Positions 36,385 through 46,900 of a stretch of 64,000 nucleotides of DNA are shown here, piece after piece (position 1 is the first letter of the stretch; every line of letters starts with the position of its first letter). Where the stretch lies: IMG/VR virus record IMGVR_UViG_3300008740_000712, positions 32,001 to 96,000 of that record, one strand, 5' to 3'. The translations under genes were made by a program, and so were the position numbers. Below the pieces are notes generated by a model, which had not been told where the DNA came from, did not search any database, and was given only the letters and a program-made list of their open reading frames with translations. Source of the DNA: a virus.

Positions 36385-39300
36385 CTACGATTTCTTTAAT
36401 GCAAACCCGAATTTTATTTTCTTTTCGGGAGTGACTTCTCTTTCGCACTCAATATTGCTAGATACGACATCGGATGATTCTATTAATAAGTAATCGCCAG
36501 AACCAAAAGTTGTCTCTTTTACTGCATAATCAATTGCATTTATGTTGTCAGAAAGTTGCTCTACATTGTCCACAATCAAGATTGCGGCCTTGTCTCTCTC
36601 TTTCTTGTAAGTGTTGCTCATGGAGTCAAACAGACTTTGCCTTGCGGGAGTAATACTAGAACTCAAATTGGTATGCGACTTCTCTGCCCTCTGGTTCCAC
36701 CATTGGCAATTCTGGGATTGTAATTGTGATATTGGTGCATGTCCTCTGGACCACCGATATGTCATGTCTCCCGATCCCTTAGCAGGAGATGAAATGGAAG
36801 CAATCCTTTCCTCCAGTGCAGGGTACTGGTGCTGATACTTGTTTCTCTCCATGACGTGACTTTCAATTATGTTAGCATTTGAATCTACCAAGTCAGCAGA
36901 AAGGGGAATAAATTGTTTTACTATTTCGACAATGGAGTCGTCAATCCATTTGTAATACTCCATGAAATTTTCCACATCAGGATCATTTCCGACTGTTTCA
37001 AAAAAGTGAGTGCGTAACCAATCCAACTCTCTGTATCTGGGCCTATATTTGTTTACTGGTTCTCCAACCAGATTATTGAAATCCCTTATTGTAGATACGG
37101 TCTTCAACATCTCTTCGGAAATTGAAGAATACATGCTCTTTTCTAGAGAGAAAAAATACTCTTCTGGAGATGCAGTGCGTGAAAAATATTCGTCATCATT
37201 GGAGAGAACTTTAATCATATGATCCCCATTTACAATTTCTGGAATGTTCTTCTTTGCGACTGAGAGGTATTCTTTGTTCACCACCTTGGTGCTATTCACG
37301 GGGAACCCATATGCTAATCCGTCGTGCTGTGCTGTTAAACTATCTGTCTCCCTAGACAAAGCGGGCATAATTTCCATACCGATAACGTCCCAAAACTCAT
37401 CCGATTGGGGAGTAGCTACTGGTTGTATTTCTCCACCACTTATCTCAAAAGTCACAGAGGTTCCGGCGGGCACACCGTCAAAGGGGAACAGTTCAGTATG
37501 GGTTGTTTCAAACAAGTACGACTTGGCATACTCTGTCAGGTTTAAAGAACCAGAAGACAAGTCTGTCAACACAAATCCGCCAGAAGAGTCGGAGGTGGTG
37601 GTGTTGTCGAGATCCCAATGTAGGATAAGGGACTCTTTCCTCCTCTTTTTTTCGTGGTCGTCAATTCGACCTCCCTTTGTGGCCGATCTTGGTCCATAAA
37701 TTGTCGGATCTTTGGAGTGGTCTATTATTTCAGAATCCTCCAGATAAGTGTCCCAATATCTCACAGAAGAAATGAGGACATCCGAGGAGTCTAAAATTGC
37801 CCCTATGTTGTTCTCTCTCCTGGCTCCAACATAAATTCTCCTATCGTCGGACAAGTAGTCCCTCCCCTGTGCAGTGCTAATGGGGGCAGACAGTGAAAAT
37901 TCGTTTTTCCTATAATCATAACTGTGGTTTACTCCATATAATTCTACCACATAATCTTCAGAGCTTCCAGAAACGAAGTTTGCATAAGGATATTTTTTCG
38001 GCTTAATTCGGAAAGCAATGTTCCACTTTTCATTATCGTATACCCCTTTAAATGTCTTTGACTTTATATCAACACCGAAGAGGGACGAAGTTAGTTGAAA
38101 GTAGGCATCCGGACTGTTCACAAGTGGCCTTACAGCATATACAGAAAAATCCGTGTTTCTTGTGGGCCATTCCGCAGATCCTGCGTCAGAAGACGTAGCA
38201 GAATTAACCCCCATGAGAGACACCTTCCTAAACGGGGTGTCGAAAAAGTAAGAATATTTCGGATCGATCTTTTTTGGAAAAATAAATTCTGCTTGGAAAG
38301 TGTTTGCGTCATAGGGGGTCATTGCACTTCCACTTAAAAAGGATCTCTGGTCCAGACTTGTGCTTGATGTCATTTGAAAAATTGTTGCACCAAATCTATC
38401 TGGATAATTGAAATCCGCATACCTTTTTGATATTGACTTTTGGGTATAATTCTCATCGAAAGTGAAGAGGGAATTGTTAGAATACATATTGAGTTTCAAG
38501 AGATCCTCGTTTATGCCGAAACATCTTGTGATATTTCTAATTGATTTTTCTGTTCCTTTCGAACGATACAGATAGAGGAGGTTGTTGTAGATATTTTGGT
38601 AGATCATGTTCTTTGTTGTGTTCAACTTCTCTTCATACACAACCTTGTCTGATCTGTCTGTTATGTACTCAAGAAGGTTTGAATCCACAAACAATTCTGG
38701 CATGTTCAGGCCCTGACTAGCTAGCAGCTGCTTTCCATATGGAAAAACCTTCTCACTACCACTGGGGTAGGTCAGGTGCCTAATTTCTGGGAGGGACTTT
38801 ATCTGCAAATGAAGTTCATCAAAGTACTTTGACATTATTTGAGTCAGGTATTCTAAATCAGAATCATCCTCATCAACAATCCACGATGGCAAACTATTGA
38901 ATAAATTCGTGTTGTTGTGCTTGTCGTGAAGAGAACCTGACTCCTGTAGTCTCGTGCTCAAATCGACGACATCCGGGTGGGAAGAGTACATAATTGGATC
39001 TTTTGTTTCCTTAGATAAGACTCCCGACTCGACATAGGCAGATGTCGTCGATCTGGATGTTGTCGCATATCCAAACCAATGTCCCAAAGTTGTTCTTCCT
39101 GAGTAGTCAATAACTTTTTTATCATAATTGTTTTTTGTTGTGACATCGTAGATGCCCTCGTTAAACTTGTAATAAACTGTAAGATCTGTTCCACTCTCTG
39201 TGTCCGTATTAGATCCTCCATGAACTGGTCCTCTCCAATTCTCACCTATCTGCTTTTTCGTTCTTGCTTTTTTCCAAAATCGAAAATCATCAACAGAACC

Positions 39301-40269
39301 AGACAACTTTCCGTATCCGTGGCCACCATGGCCATTGACGGTGGTGATGAGGGAACCAAGGTGTGCTTGCGTTTCACCATCGAAATTACTAATGGACGAT
39401 CCAGTTGTAGCAGTTGCTGTTTGAGCACCGTCAACATAGGAGCACACCGTTAACTCGTTGCCCTGATTCTTTACTGTCACAGCATAGTGGTGCCACGCAT
39501 TGTCATTCATATCTATTCCCGTGGAGAGTGGGATGTAGTCTGCTCCAGAACTTCCAGACGTGGCCTGTAGGATCAGTTTATTTCCAGAACCGGTAACTTC
39601 GATCCTAAATCTGCAATAATCATTTTGCCCTTGGGTTTTTCTATTCCACAAATCAAAAACAACCTGCTTATGTGATTCAACAGAGGAAGAGAAAGAACCC
39701 TTCTTTAACCAAAACTCAACCGTCACGCCAGCCTTTCCCGTGAAGGACAAGTTATTTTCTTGCAAGGAGTCTGTGTCGTATGTGTTAGACCCTGTAAAAT
39801 TGTGGAATAGCGGGTTTTTGGAGACTTCTAGGGAACCAGTGTTCGGGCCGCCAGAGAATAAGATGTATTCTTTTTCTGTCGTATTATAGTACCCTCCACT
39901 ACCTGCTCCGGTTCTTAGGTAGTTTTGACCGAGTTTGGCATGACCTGTGGATCTTGGATAGGAATTCTCAAAAAGATATAAATCTAAATATGACGCATTA
40001 TTTTCCCACTCATACTTCTCCGCAGCAGATCCATCGAAAGGATAATACCCGTAAATATTCACAAGTGCTTCTGAGTAATATTTTTTTGCTGATCCGTAGA
40101 AGGAGAAGTTCTTCGGGTCAGAATAGTCTACCCTCGGTATGAACCTGTTGTCTGCGGTGATTTTGTTTCTTAAAAGATCCGCACTCTCTATCTCTTCTTT
40201 TATTTGTTCTAAATTCTTAGAAGAGACAGGTTTTAGTCCTTTTTTTCCAAATAAATCTTTTAATGCCAT
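36385..40269 (-). CDS. Baseplate/tail protein with LamG (concanavalin A-like) domains
   Basis: VTVEFWLKK...WHHYAVTV...YVDG...SGSVDDFRFWKKART, plus a second degenerate copy (KWNIAFRI...ISSVRYWDTYL). Confidence 0.8.
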   Translation of the reverse strand: MALKDLFGKKGLKPVSSKNLEQIKEEIESADLLRNKITADNRFIPRVDYSDPKNFSFYGSAKKYYSEALVNIYGYYPFDGSAAEKYEWENNASYLDLYLFENSYPRSTGHAKLGQNYLRTGAGSGGYYNTTEKEYILFSGGPNTGSLEVSKNPLFHNFTGSNTYDTDSLQENNLSFTGKAGVTVEFWLKKGSFSSSVESHKQVVFDLWNRKTQGQNDYCRFRIEVTGSGNKLILQATSGSSGADYIPLSTGIDMNDNAWHHYAVTVKNQGNELTVCSYVDGAQTATATTGSSISNFDGETQAHLGSLITTVNGHGGHGYGKLSGSVDDFRFWKKARTKKQIGENWRGPVHGGSNTDTESGTDLTVYYKFNEGIYDVTTKNNYDKKVIDYSGRTTLGHWFGYATTSRSTTSAYVESGVLSKETKDPIMYSSHPDVVDLSTRLQESGSLHDKHNNTNLFNSLPSWIVDEDDSDLEYLTQIMSKYFDELHLQIKSLPEIRHLTYPSGSEKVFPYGKQLLASQGLNMPELFVDSNLLEYITDRSDKVVYEEKLNTTKNMIYQNIYNNLLYLYRSKGTEKSIRNITRCFGINEDLLKLNMYSNNSLFTFDENYTQKSISKRYADFNYPDRFGATIFQMTSSTSLDQRSFLSGSAMTPYDANTFQAEFIFPKKIDPKYSYFFDTPFRKVSLMGVNSATSSDAGSAEWPTRNTDFSVYAVRPLVNSPDAYFQLTSSLFGVDIKSKTFKGVYDNEKWNIAFRIKPKKYPYANFVSGSSEDYVVELYGVNHSYDYRKNEFSLSAPISTAQGRDYLSDDRRIYVGARRENNIGAILDSSDVLISSVRYWDTYLEDSEIIDHSKDPTIYGPRSATKGGRIDDHEKKRRKESLILHWDLDNTTTSDSSGGFVLTDLSSGSLNLTEYAKSYLFETTHTELFPFDGVPAGTSVTFEISGGEIQPVATPQSDEFWDVIGMEIMPALSRETDSLTAQHDGLAYGFPVNSTKVVNKEYLSVAKKNIPEIVNGDHMIKVLSNDDEYFSRTASPEEYFFSLEKSMYSSISEEMLKTVSTIRDFNNLVGEPVNKYRPRYRELDWLRTHFFETVGNDPDVENFMEYYKWIDDSIVEIVKQFIPLSADLVDSNANIIESHVMERNKYQHQYPALEERIASISSPAKGSGDMTYRWSRGHAPISQLQSQNCQWWNQRAEKSHTNLSSSITPARQSLFDSMSNTYKKERDKAAILIVDNVEQLSDNINAIDYAVKETTFGSGDYLLIESSDVVSSNIECEREVTPEKKIKFGFALKKS

Positions 40270-41744
40270 TAATCAACCCTAAACTTGAATACTTCGGATT
40301 GCTCGTCATAACGATCATTTATTTTGTAAACAAACTTTAGGGCATATGAATATCCTTTTTCTAATATTGACATGTCAACATCAAAATAATTTCCATCGTT
40401 ATCGTATGACATCCTCGTGTGATTCAAACTTCCTGTACCGTAATCGATAATCGTCTCATTATCCATTACTCGATATATCTTCCAGTATGCATCCTCGACC
40501 GTCTTACTTTGAATATTCTTTGTAGCTACAGTGTAAATTGTTGGATTCCAATCTCTATCCCTAACGTACAATCTCATCCTGGCCAATTCTCGGTTGGTGT
40601 AGGATGGTTTTAGATTAGTTATATTAGAGACATGATCTCCTATCCCCACCTGAACGTCTGCGTCGTAACTTAATACTGTTATTTTACTCCCGGTAACATA
40701 CTGTGTTACGGAATTGTTGTGCCACACGTCATACAAATACGAAGAAGTGGTGTCCAAGGCAACAGATGCCGAATAGATGCCAGTTGAAACATACCCCCCC
40801 GTCAGTGCGGTGGTGCCGTCAAACAATGTCAATGGGTTTCCTCGTGGACCAGAGGCACCAGTTAAATACAGACTGACATAAATGCTTCCTGTGCCGACAG
40901 CCGGGATGTTTCGCAATTGTCCTCGTACACGATTATAAATATAGATCGTGTTCAGGTTATCCTCAGCTGGAACCAATGAACTGCTGGCATAGAAACTGCT
41001 TCTACGATCCTTCTTCGAGGAGTCCCATCGAGCTTCGATTGTGGGTCTTTTGTAAAAATGGTGAGTGCCTCTTCCGAAGAACCTCTTTGTGTAATAGCTT
41101 CTTCTTGCTCCATCGGTGTTGTGGATGTGAGAACCACTGTTTAATCCGGATGAGTTTGACAGATATGCTTCATAGGTTGGCGAAAACTTTATGCACAATC
41201 CGTGATTGTCTTTTGTTCCTGCCATCCACTCCTCGACGAAGGAGGTTATATCTATTTCCAAATCCTCCAAACCTGTATCAAGAGACTTTACATAAGATGG
41301 TGATGCATGATAGTCTCCACCGGGAGTCACCCATGTTGATGCCGAGGTGTTGGAAATCCAGTTCGACTCGCCACTGTCTGAATAATCTTCCATATCCATT
41401 CCCGTACCCTCGTTCCACGACGAAGAAATTGCAAGAATAGAAACCTGACTATTCGCCGGAACTGTATTGGTGTGTTCCGCATTTGACATTTTTAAAATAA
41501 AATTAACACCTCCAGATAAAGGAATTGCTCCAGAAGACCGATCAGAGGAGATGGTTCCTACTGGAAACTTCAACATCGCCCTAGACAACTCGGCCGAAGA
41601 AGTTGTCTGTTGTCCGTAGATAGAGAATACTTCTAAAATATCAGAAGCACCCATGTTGGAACCAGTACCTCGGATGGAAGTAGTTATTCCTGCGGCATTT
41701 GTAATGGTGTTGTCGGCATTGGAAAAGTATTTTTTAATAGACAT
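40269..41744 (-). CDS. Virion protein with a DNRLRE/CBM-like domain
   Basis: ADNTI...SRAMLKFP...SSWNEGTG...W.TPGGDY...DITSFVEEWMAG...NHGLCIK is a pattern seen in DNRLRE-type domains. Confidence 0.55.
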   Translation of the reverse strand: MSIKKYFSNADNTITNAAGITTSIRGTGSNMGASDILEVFSIYGQQTTSSAELSRAMLKFPVGTISSDRSSGAIPLSGGVNFILKMSNAEHTNTVPANSQVSILAISSSWNEGTGMDMEDYSDSGESNWISNTSASTWVTPGGDYHASPSYVKSLDTGLEDLEIDITSFVEEWMAGTKDNHGLCIKFSPTYEAYLSNSSGLNSGSHIHNTDGARRSYYTKRFFGRGTHHFYKRPTIEARWDSSKKDRRSSFYASSSLVPAEDNLNTIYIYNRVRGQLRNIPAVGTGSIYVSLYLTGASGPRGNPLTLFDGTTALTGGYVSTGIYSASVALDTTSSYLYDVWHNNSVTQYVTGSKITVLSYDADVQVGIGDHVSNITNLKPSYTNRELARMRLYVRDRDWNPTIYTVATKNIQSKTVEDAYWKIYRVMDNETIIDYGTGSLNHTRMSYDNDGNYFDVDMSILEKGYSYALKFVYKINDRYDEQSEVFKFRVD

Positions 41745-43543
41745 TATTTAACAGCCCCCTTGATGTCCTTGTTGGGAAATTTTATCTCCCAAATCACGTT
41801 CTTGGGAATAGAGACATACCTCCCATCAGGAGATAAATTGTTATTTATATCAAAAGAAATATCTGCATAACTGTTTCCCGACTTCTTGAACACAGAAACC
41901 TTCACAACATCGACGACACCATCTGTCTCATTCAGGGTATTGTATATGTCTGTTATGAAGAAGTCTTCCCCTATTTCAAAAGTCTCCAATGTGAATCTGT
42001 CCTTTAGGGCAGTAATGCAACCCTCCAATACATCTGTAGAATCTTTTTCTGCGTCCGCGACAACTTCAAAATTTACACCAAGATTAAGGATCTTTGCATC
42101 CAATATATCTATAGTATCATTAATCATCTTGTTTTTATTCAACCAAGTTTTCAAATTTCCCTTAGTTGTCTGGTTGCACGAAGCAAGCTTGCCTTTGTAG
42201 TCTTCACTAACAACATATAAATTCATATTCCTTCTCAGAGAGTCGGGATCTCGGTGGATTGCTGCTCTCTTTATTGCCCCGAATCGGGTTGGCATTGCGT
42301 ACACATTTGCAACATAGTCTTGCTGGGTAACTGCTCTGTTTTGGCCTGCGAAATTATTAAGTACTCGGTTCTTCAGTTCATCAACAGTAACGTCTTCGGT
42401 GTCACCCGTTATTGGCTCTTCGTTTGTACACTCGACGGAAGACTTGACAAAATCCAGTGTTACCTTGTCTAGAGACAGTTCATCAGGAAATTCAAGTTCT
42501 GCATTAACAACCCTGGTCATCGTGTTGCTTGCAACATTTACATTGTCAATTGTGTTCTGTCTGTAGACAACTGTCAACGTCGTATTTGCGGGGGAAAGAC
42601 CAAAATTATCACTTTGTATTAATTTTGTGGGGTCTATAACTTGGTCTGTAATGTGCCCTTTGCCGTGGACTTTTAATGAAACACTCTTTGGATCTAGAGA
42701 CAAATCTGTAGAGTAGTCTTCTTCTTTTCCAGATCCAAACTGCATCTCTATATAATTTGGAAAAATGTCTGTCGTGAACCTTCTTGCTGCGACGAATGGT
42801 TTCAACAACATGCTTGACTGCTCCTTTGTCGATGAGTCTCTATTCGTAATCGAACGATATATGGTGTTTTGTGATAAGTAATCTACCTCATAATATTCAT
42901 GACCCTGGGTGTCGATTACTGACACTATCTCGCTGACATTTGAGATGTCTAGTTTCACTTTCGTAAACCTCTTGAATTCACCAATGACAACATCTGTCTG
43001 TTTCAATATTCCCGATATGACACGACCATACGACTTAATCGCATAATAAGAGGGAGCACCGGTTGCCTCGTTGACTCTCGCAACAACTGTCGGTCTGTTG
43101 GTGAACGTAACATCTTCTTCAAGAACAAACGTGGCACCATTATCTGCGACGAATTCAGATCCTTGTTTCAAAACTGGCAAGTATCTTGTGTCTGGGGAAG
43201 TACCAGCAGTGGTGGCTGGTATCAACACAAAGAAGGATGCCAATGTGTTGGAAGATGGGTTGTTTTTGTGTTTGTACCCTGACTGTTTTGAAAGTCTCAA
43301 TACGTTGTCGAACTCGGCCGCGTTTTGGATAAAAGTCTCGTTGGCCTGAAAGTCTAAATAGAAAGACAGAACATCTCCTATGTAGGAAACGGAGTCCAGC
43401 ATGAGGGCACCGAAACCGGATTCATTAAAATCCTTAAAGGTTGTCGGATAGTATCTCTTTGCGTGATCGACCAAATCATTCTTGATTGTTTCGAAACTTC
43501 TGCTTGTGTATTTTATTGGAACATTCTTTTTTGGCATGGGCAA
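41744..43543 (-). CDS. Baseplate wedge subunit (T4 gp6 / baseplate J-like)
   Basis: YTSRSFETIKNDL...DFNESGFGALMLDSVSYIGDVLSFYLDFQANETFI, and QNRAVTQQDY. Confidence 0.92.
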   Translation of the reverse strand: MPMPKKNVPIKYTSRSFETIKNDLVDHAKRYYPTTFKDFNESGFGALMLDSVSYIGDVLSFYLDFQANETFIQNAAEFDNVLRLSKQSGYKHKNNPSSNTLASFFVLIPATTAGTSPDTRYLPVLKQGSEFVADNGATFVLEEDVTFTNRPTVVARVNEATGAPSYYAIKSYGRVISGILKQTDVVIGEFKRFTKVKLDISNVSEIVSVIDTQGHEYYEVDYLSQNTIYRSITNRDSSTKEQSSMLLKPFVAARRFTTDIFPNYIEMQFGSGKEEDYSTDLSLDPKSVSLKVHGKGHITDQVIDPTKLIQSDNFGLSPANTTLTVVYRQNTIDNVNVASNTMTRVVNAELEFPDELSLDKVTLDFVKSSVECTNEEPITGDTEDVTVDELKNRVLNNFAGQNRAVTQQDYVANVYAMPTRFGAIKRAAIHRDPDSLRRNMNLYVVSEDYKGKLASCNQTTKGNLKTWLNKNKMINDTIDILDAKILNLGVNFEVVADAEKDSTDVLEGCITALKDRFTLETFEIGEDFFITDIYNTLNETDGVVDVVKVSVFKKSGNSYADISFDINNNLSPDGRYVSIPKNVIWEIKFPNKDIKGAVK

Positions 43544-43551
43544 TCCTCAAA

Positions 43552-43560
43552 ATAAATAGT
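43552..43560 (-). promoter_or_regulatory. Candidate late promoter ACTATTTAT
   Basis: Exact 9-mer in the gap between gp25 and gp6. Confidence 0.5.
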
Positions 43561-43572
43561 TTTCATGATATT

Positions 43573-43986
43573 TTATACTAAAAACTTTGGTCCTCCGGTT
43601 GAGGTGTCATTTTTTGCACCCACTGATAATTCGTCTTCTGTGTTTAGACTTGGAATCTCATATCTTATAGTGACTCGTATCAGATTCTCACCCTCATCCT
43701 TGATATCTGTGTCGATAAGGGAGATAAAGGGTGCGTATCGCGATACCTGAGATGCTATGGATTGTTTCAATCTTCCCTCGAATGAACCAACATTTTCAAA
43801 CAGATAGGTTGAAACTCCAACACCAAAGTCAGGGTCCATCGATCTTTCTCCGGGAATTGTCAAAAGAATATTCTTCAAGTTCTGTTTTACCAAGTCTTCA
43901 AGATTTCTTATATAATCATAATCAAAAGAACTCCCCCTTGACAAAGGGAGATGCGGTGTGTAAAATTTATCTAAATTATTTGCCAT
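43573..43986 (-). CDS. Baseplate wedge subunit (T4 gp25-like)
   Basis: QNLKNILLTIPGERSMDPDFGVGVSTYLFE is the gp25/GPW signature. Confidence 0.92.
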   Translation of the reverse strand: MANNLDKFYTPHLPLSRGSSFDYDYIRNLEDLVKQNLKNILLTIPGERSMDPDFGVGVSTYLFENVGSFEGRLKQSIASQVSRYAPFISLIDTDIKDEGENLIRVTIRYEIPSLNTEDELSVGAKNDTSTGGPKFLV

Positions 43987-43995
43987 CGTTTATCC

Positions 43996-46900
43996 TCAAC
44001 AGTTTGATTTCCCATATCCACCGACACTAACGGGGTCTGGCCCTGATGGGGCACATGAATCATCTTCATCGGGTTTTTGCTTTCTTGGGGTTCGTCCACC
44101 TGATTCTTCTTCCTCTTCTTCCTCTTCCGGTATGCACAATGGAATTGGATCTTGCAGATTCAATCCAGCATTTTCAAGACCTCTTTGAAGGTTTGGATCG
44201 TTCTTCATAAGTTCATTTGCCCACGGGGACATTAGCATGAGAAGAGGATCAACTAATAAATAGTATATCAAACCAAATGGTGTTGGTGGGAATGGAGGTA
44301 ACATAACCAAGCAGGGGGCAAAAGTGACACCGAGGGCAACAAGTTGCGTAAAACCTGGGAATCCAATCTTCTCTCCTGGAAACGTCGGGAGCATCAATGT
44401 TTCGCAATCGACTGGATCGGTGAATGGTATTTCTATTTTTTGCTCCACCATTTTAGGAATTAGAAATCCAGCTTGGCCAAGTTCAACAATTGTCTGAGTG
44501 ATGAGTACATGGGGATCTGCCATCTTTGACCACCCCTTGTAGATGTGCAGTGGGGTCATCAGCAAAAGCAGTAGCAAAGAGGGGTTCCACAAATCATCCA
44601 TGTTGGAGTTGCCCATGTTGAACATGCTCTTGGCCATTTGTGCCTCGTTACATCCGGTGGCACTATTGAAGTAATTTGAACCCTCCGAGGCATTAAACAG
44701 ATAATTCTCCAGTCTACGTTTGGTTACGTCGAACATCTTCTGCATCTCTCTTGTGCTGTTAGCTAAAAAGGAATAAGATGAAATGACAGATGAAACATCC
44801 TGTAAATTAAAGCAATACTCGAACATAACTCTAAAGTCTTCAGTGTCTATCAATTCTCTCGATAGGTGATCAAAAATCTTTCTTGAAACTTTGCCCGTAA
44901 TAGTGTCTTGACCCTCTTCTATGTCACTGTCCTGAACCAGTTCGTGAACATGATTTTCTCTCACTACAGATCTCGGAAATACATATACCTCGTTCTGCAC
45001 CTTGAAATCAACAATTTCGTGCTCGTGATCCACTACATCATACTTGTTATCATCACCGACCAAAACAGCAGTGGTGTGGCCGTTGCCGTTGGCATCAACC
45101 TCATATTCGTGATAGTGATCTGGGACTCCTACATTTTTTCGTTCGGCGATGCCGGGTCCAGTGAAACCCTCTAGTGCAAAGCACTCAACCTTGTCCGAGT
45201 CGTCTCTTGAGATTCCCAACAGACCCAAAAGATCATCGGCATCCACTTCATATTCAGCAAGTGGGTGAACGAAAAATGTCTTAGTCTTGTTTGGTCTGGG
45301 TTTGGCATTCCTAATTGTATACTCCTTGTCATAGTCCTCTTTTTCTTTTCTCCAATATCTCTTATGTTTTGTGCCTCCGTCTTTGGGGTAATTGAATCCG
45401 GCCAGGAACTCATTGTCATTGACAACATATGCGTCATCCTTATTGGAAGCAGCCAAAGTAATCAATTCCTCTATGCTTACTTCCTCTCCGTCGGGGGTTG
45501 TCCTCTCCCTCTTGTGATCTGCCAATTCCACATACACAAGCCTAATACCATATTTTTCTACTTTCGAATTTAATAAATGCTTTGAACTGTTGAGGTTTAC
45601 ATCTTTTTGTCCAATGGTTTTCACAATATTTCCACTGGTGTTTCTGATGTATCTTTCTAGGTAAATCTGTCCTCTGCCCAATATTTCGAGCCGGTTTTTG
45701 TCCTTGTATCTTGCTTTTTGACGAACTGCTCGGTTTTTTAACAGTTCCCTCCTTCTTTTCTGCTTTTCTTTAAATCTCTTTCTTCTGTCCTTTAACGCAT
45801 CTCTTCTGTCCTTATCGCTGTCAAATATGTCTACTAAATCATATTTCTCCATTATCTCAACGCCATGATCTCGAACAATCTTGTTTGTCATTCCGACCAA
45901 CCTTTTGGTTCTTCGGATTGCCCTCTTGGTTCTTCTTAGTGAATTTCTCTGATTCCTGTTCAATCCCACCCTTATCTTGGAAAATCGATTATCCACAACA
46001 TCTAACATAGAGATATTATCAATCAGAATCTTCTTCAACTCTAGTGCGAAATTACCAGGGACACCCTCGGTGTTGGAGTTGGATGCGGGGTTAGGGTCGG
46101 TTCCTGTCTCCCCTTCATCTTCCGATGTGTCCGGTGGGCACTCTTTCAGAACTACTTGTCGAAGTTTCTCCAACACAAACGCATACTCTTTCCTGAGAAT
46201 TGGCATAAAAGATTCGTCAATCGTTTCCGATGTGTCTTCTTTCAATAGACCATACTCTGCCTTGAGGTTTTGCATCTCCAGTGTGTTGTCCGAGAACTCT
46301 TTAAAATAGCCCGGCCTTTTTCGCATGTCGTTGCGGATTTTATCCATGAGCATCTTTTCTGTTGTGGGGTCAAGTTCAGAATTGAACTCTATCACCGGAA
46401 ATATTGCTTGCAGAAGATACTCTAACGAATACAATCTTGCGACCATATTGGGGTGTGCTGCTCGAAGGGCCATTGACAGGGGAGTTTTGTATTTCCTTTT
46501 ACCATCTCGATTTACTTCTCCAAGTTTACAATCCTTAAAGAATTTGTAATCATCTTGCACCTGTTTCGTAAAGGATTTAAAATCCATGATTCTAGGATCT
46601 AATCCATGCTTCTTATGTATTTCTGATTGAGTTGGGTTGAAATCCGCAAATTGAATACCAATTGCAGAGTCTCCAGTGTCTTCGTTTTCCGTCCCCTCTA
46701 TCTTGGAAAGGAGGGGTGTGTTTCTCACTTCAGTGGCCAGTGAGATCATGACCTTCCTCATTATGTCGTCATAAGTAGACCCCATCATGTCATCGTCATC
46801 CCCATCGTCGATAGAGTCCAACAACTCACTCTTTATAAGTCCTTCGTCTAAATCTCTCCCGTATGCGGATTTCCACTTTGAAGAGATGACCTTGGAAAAA

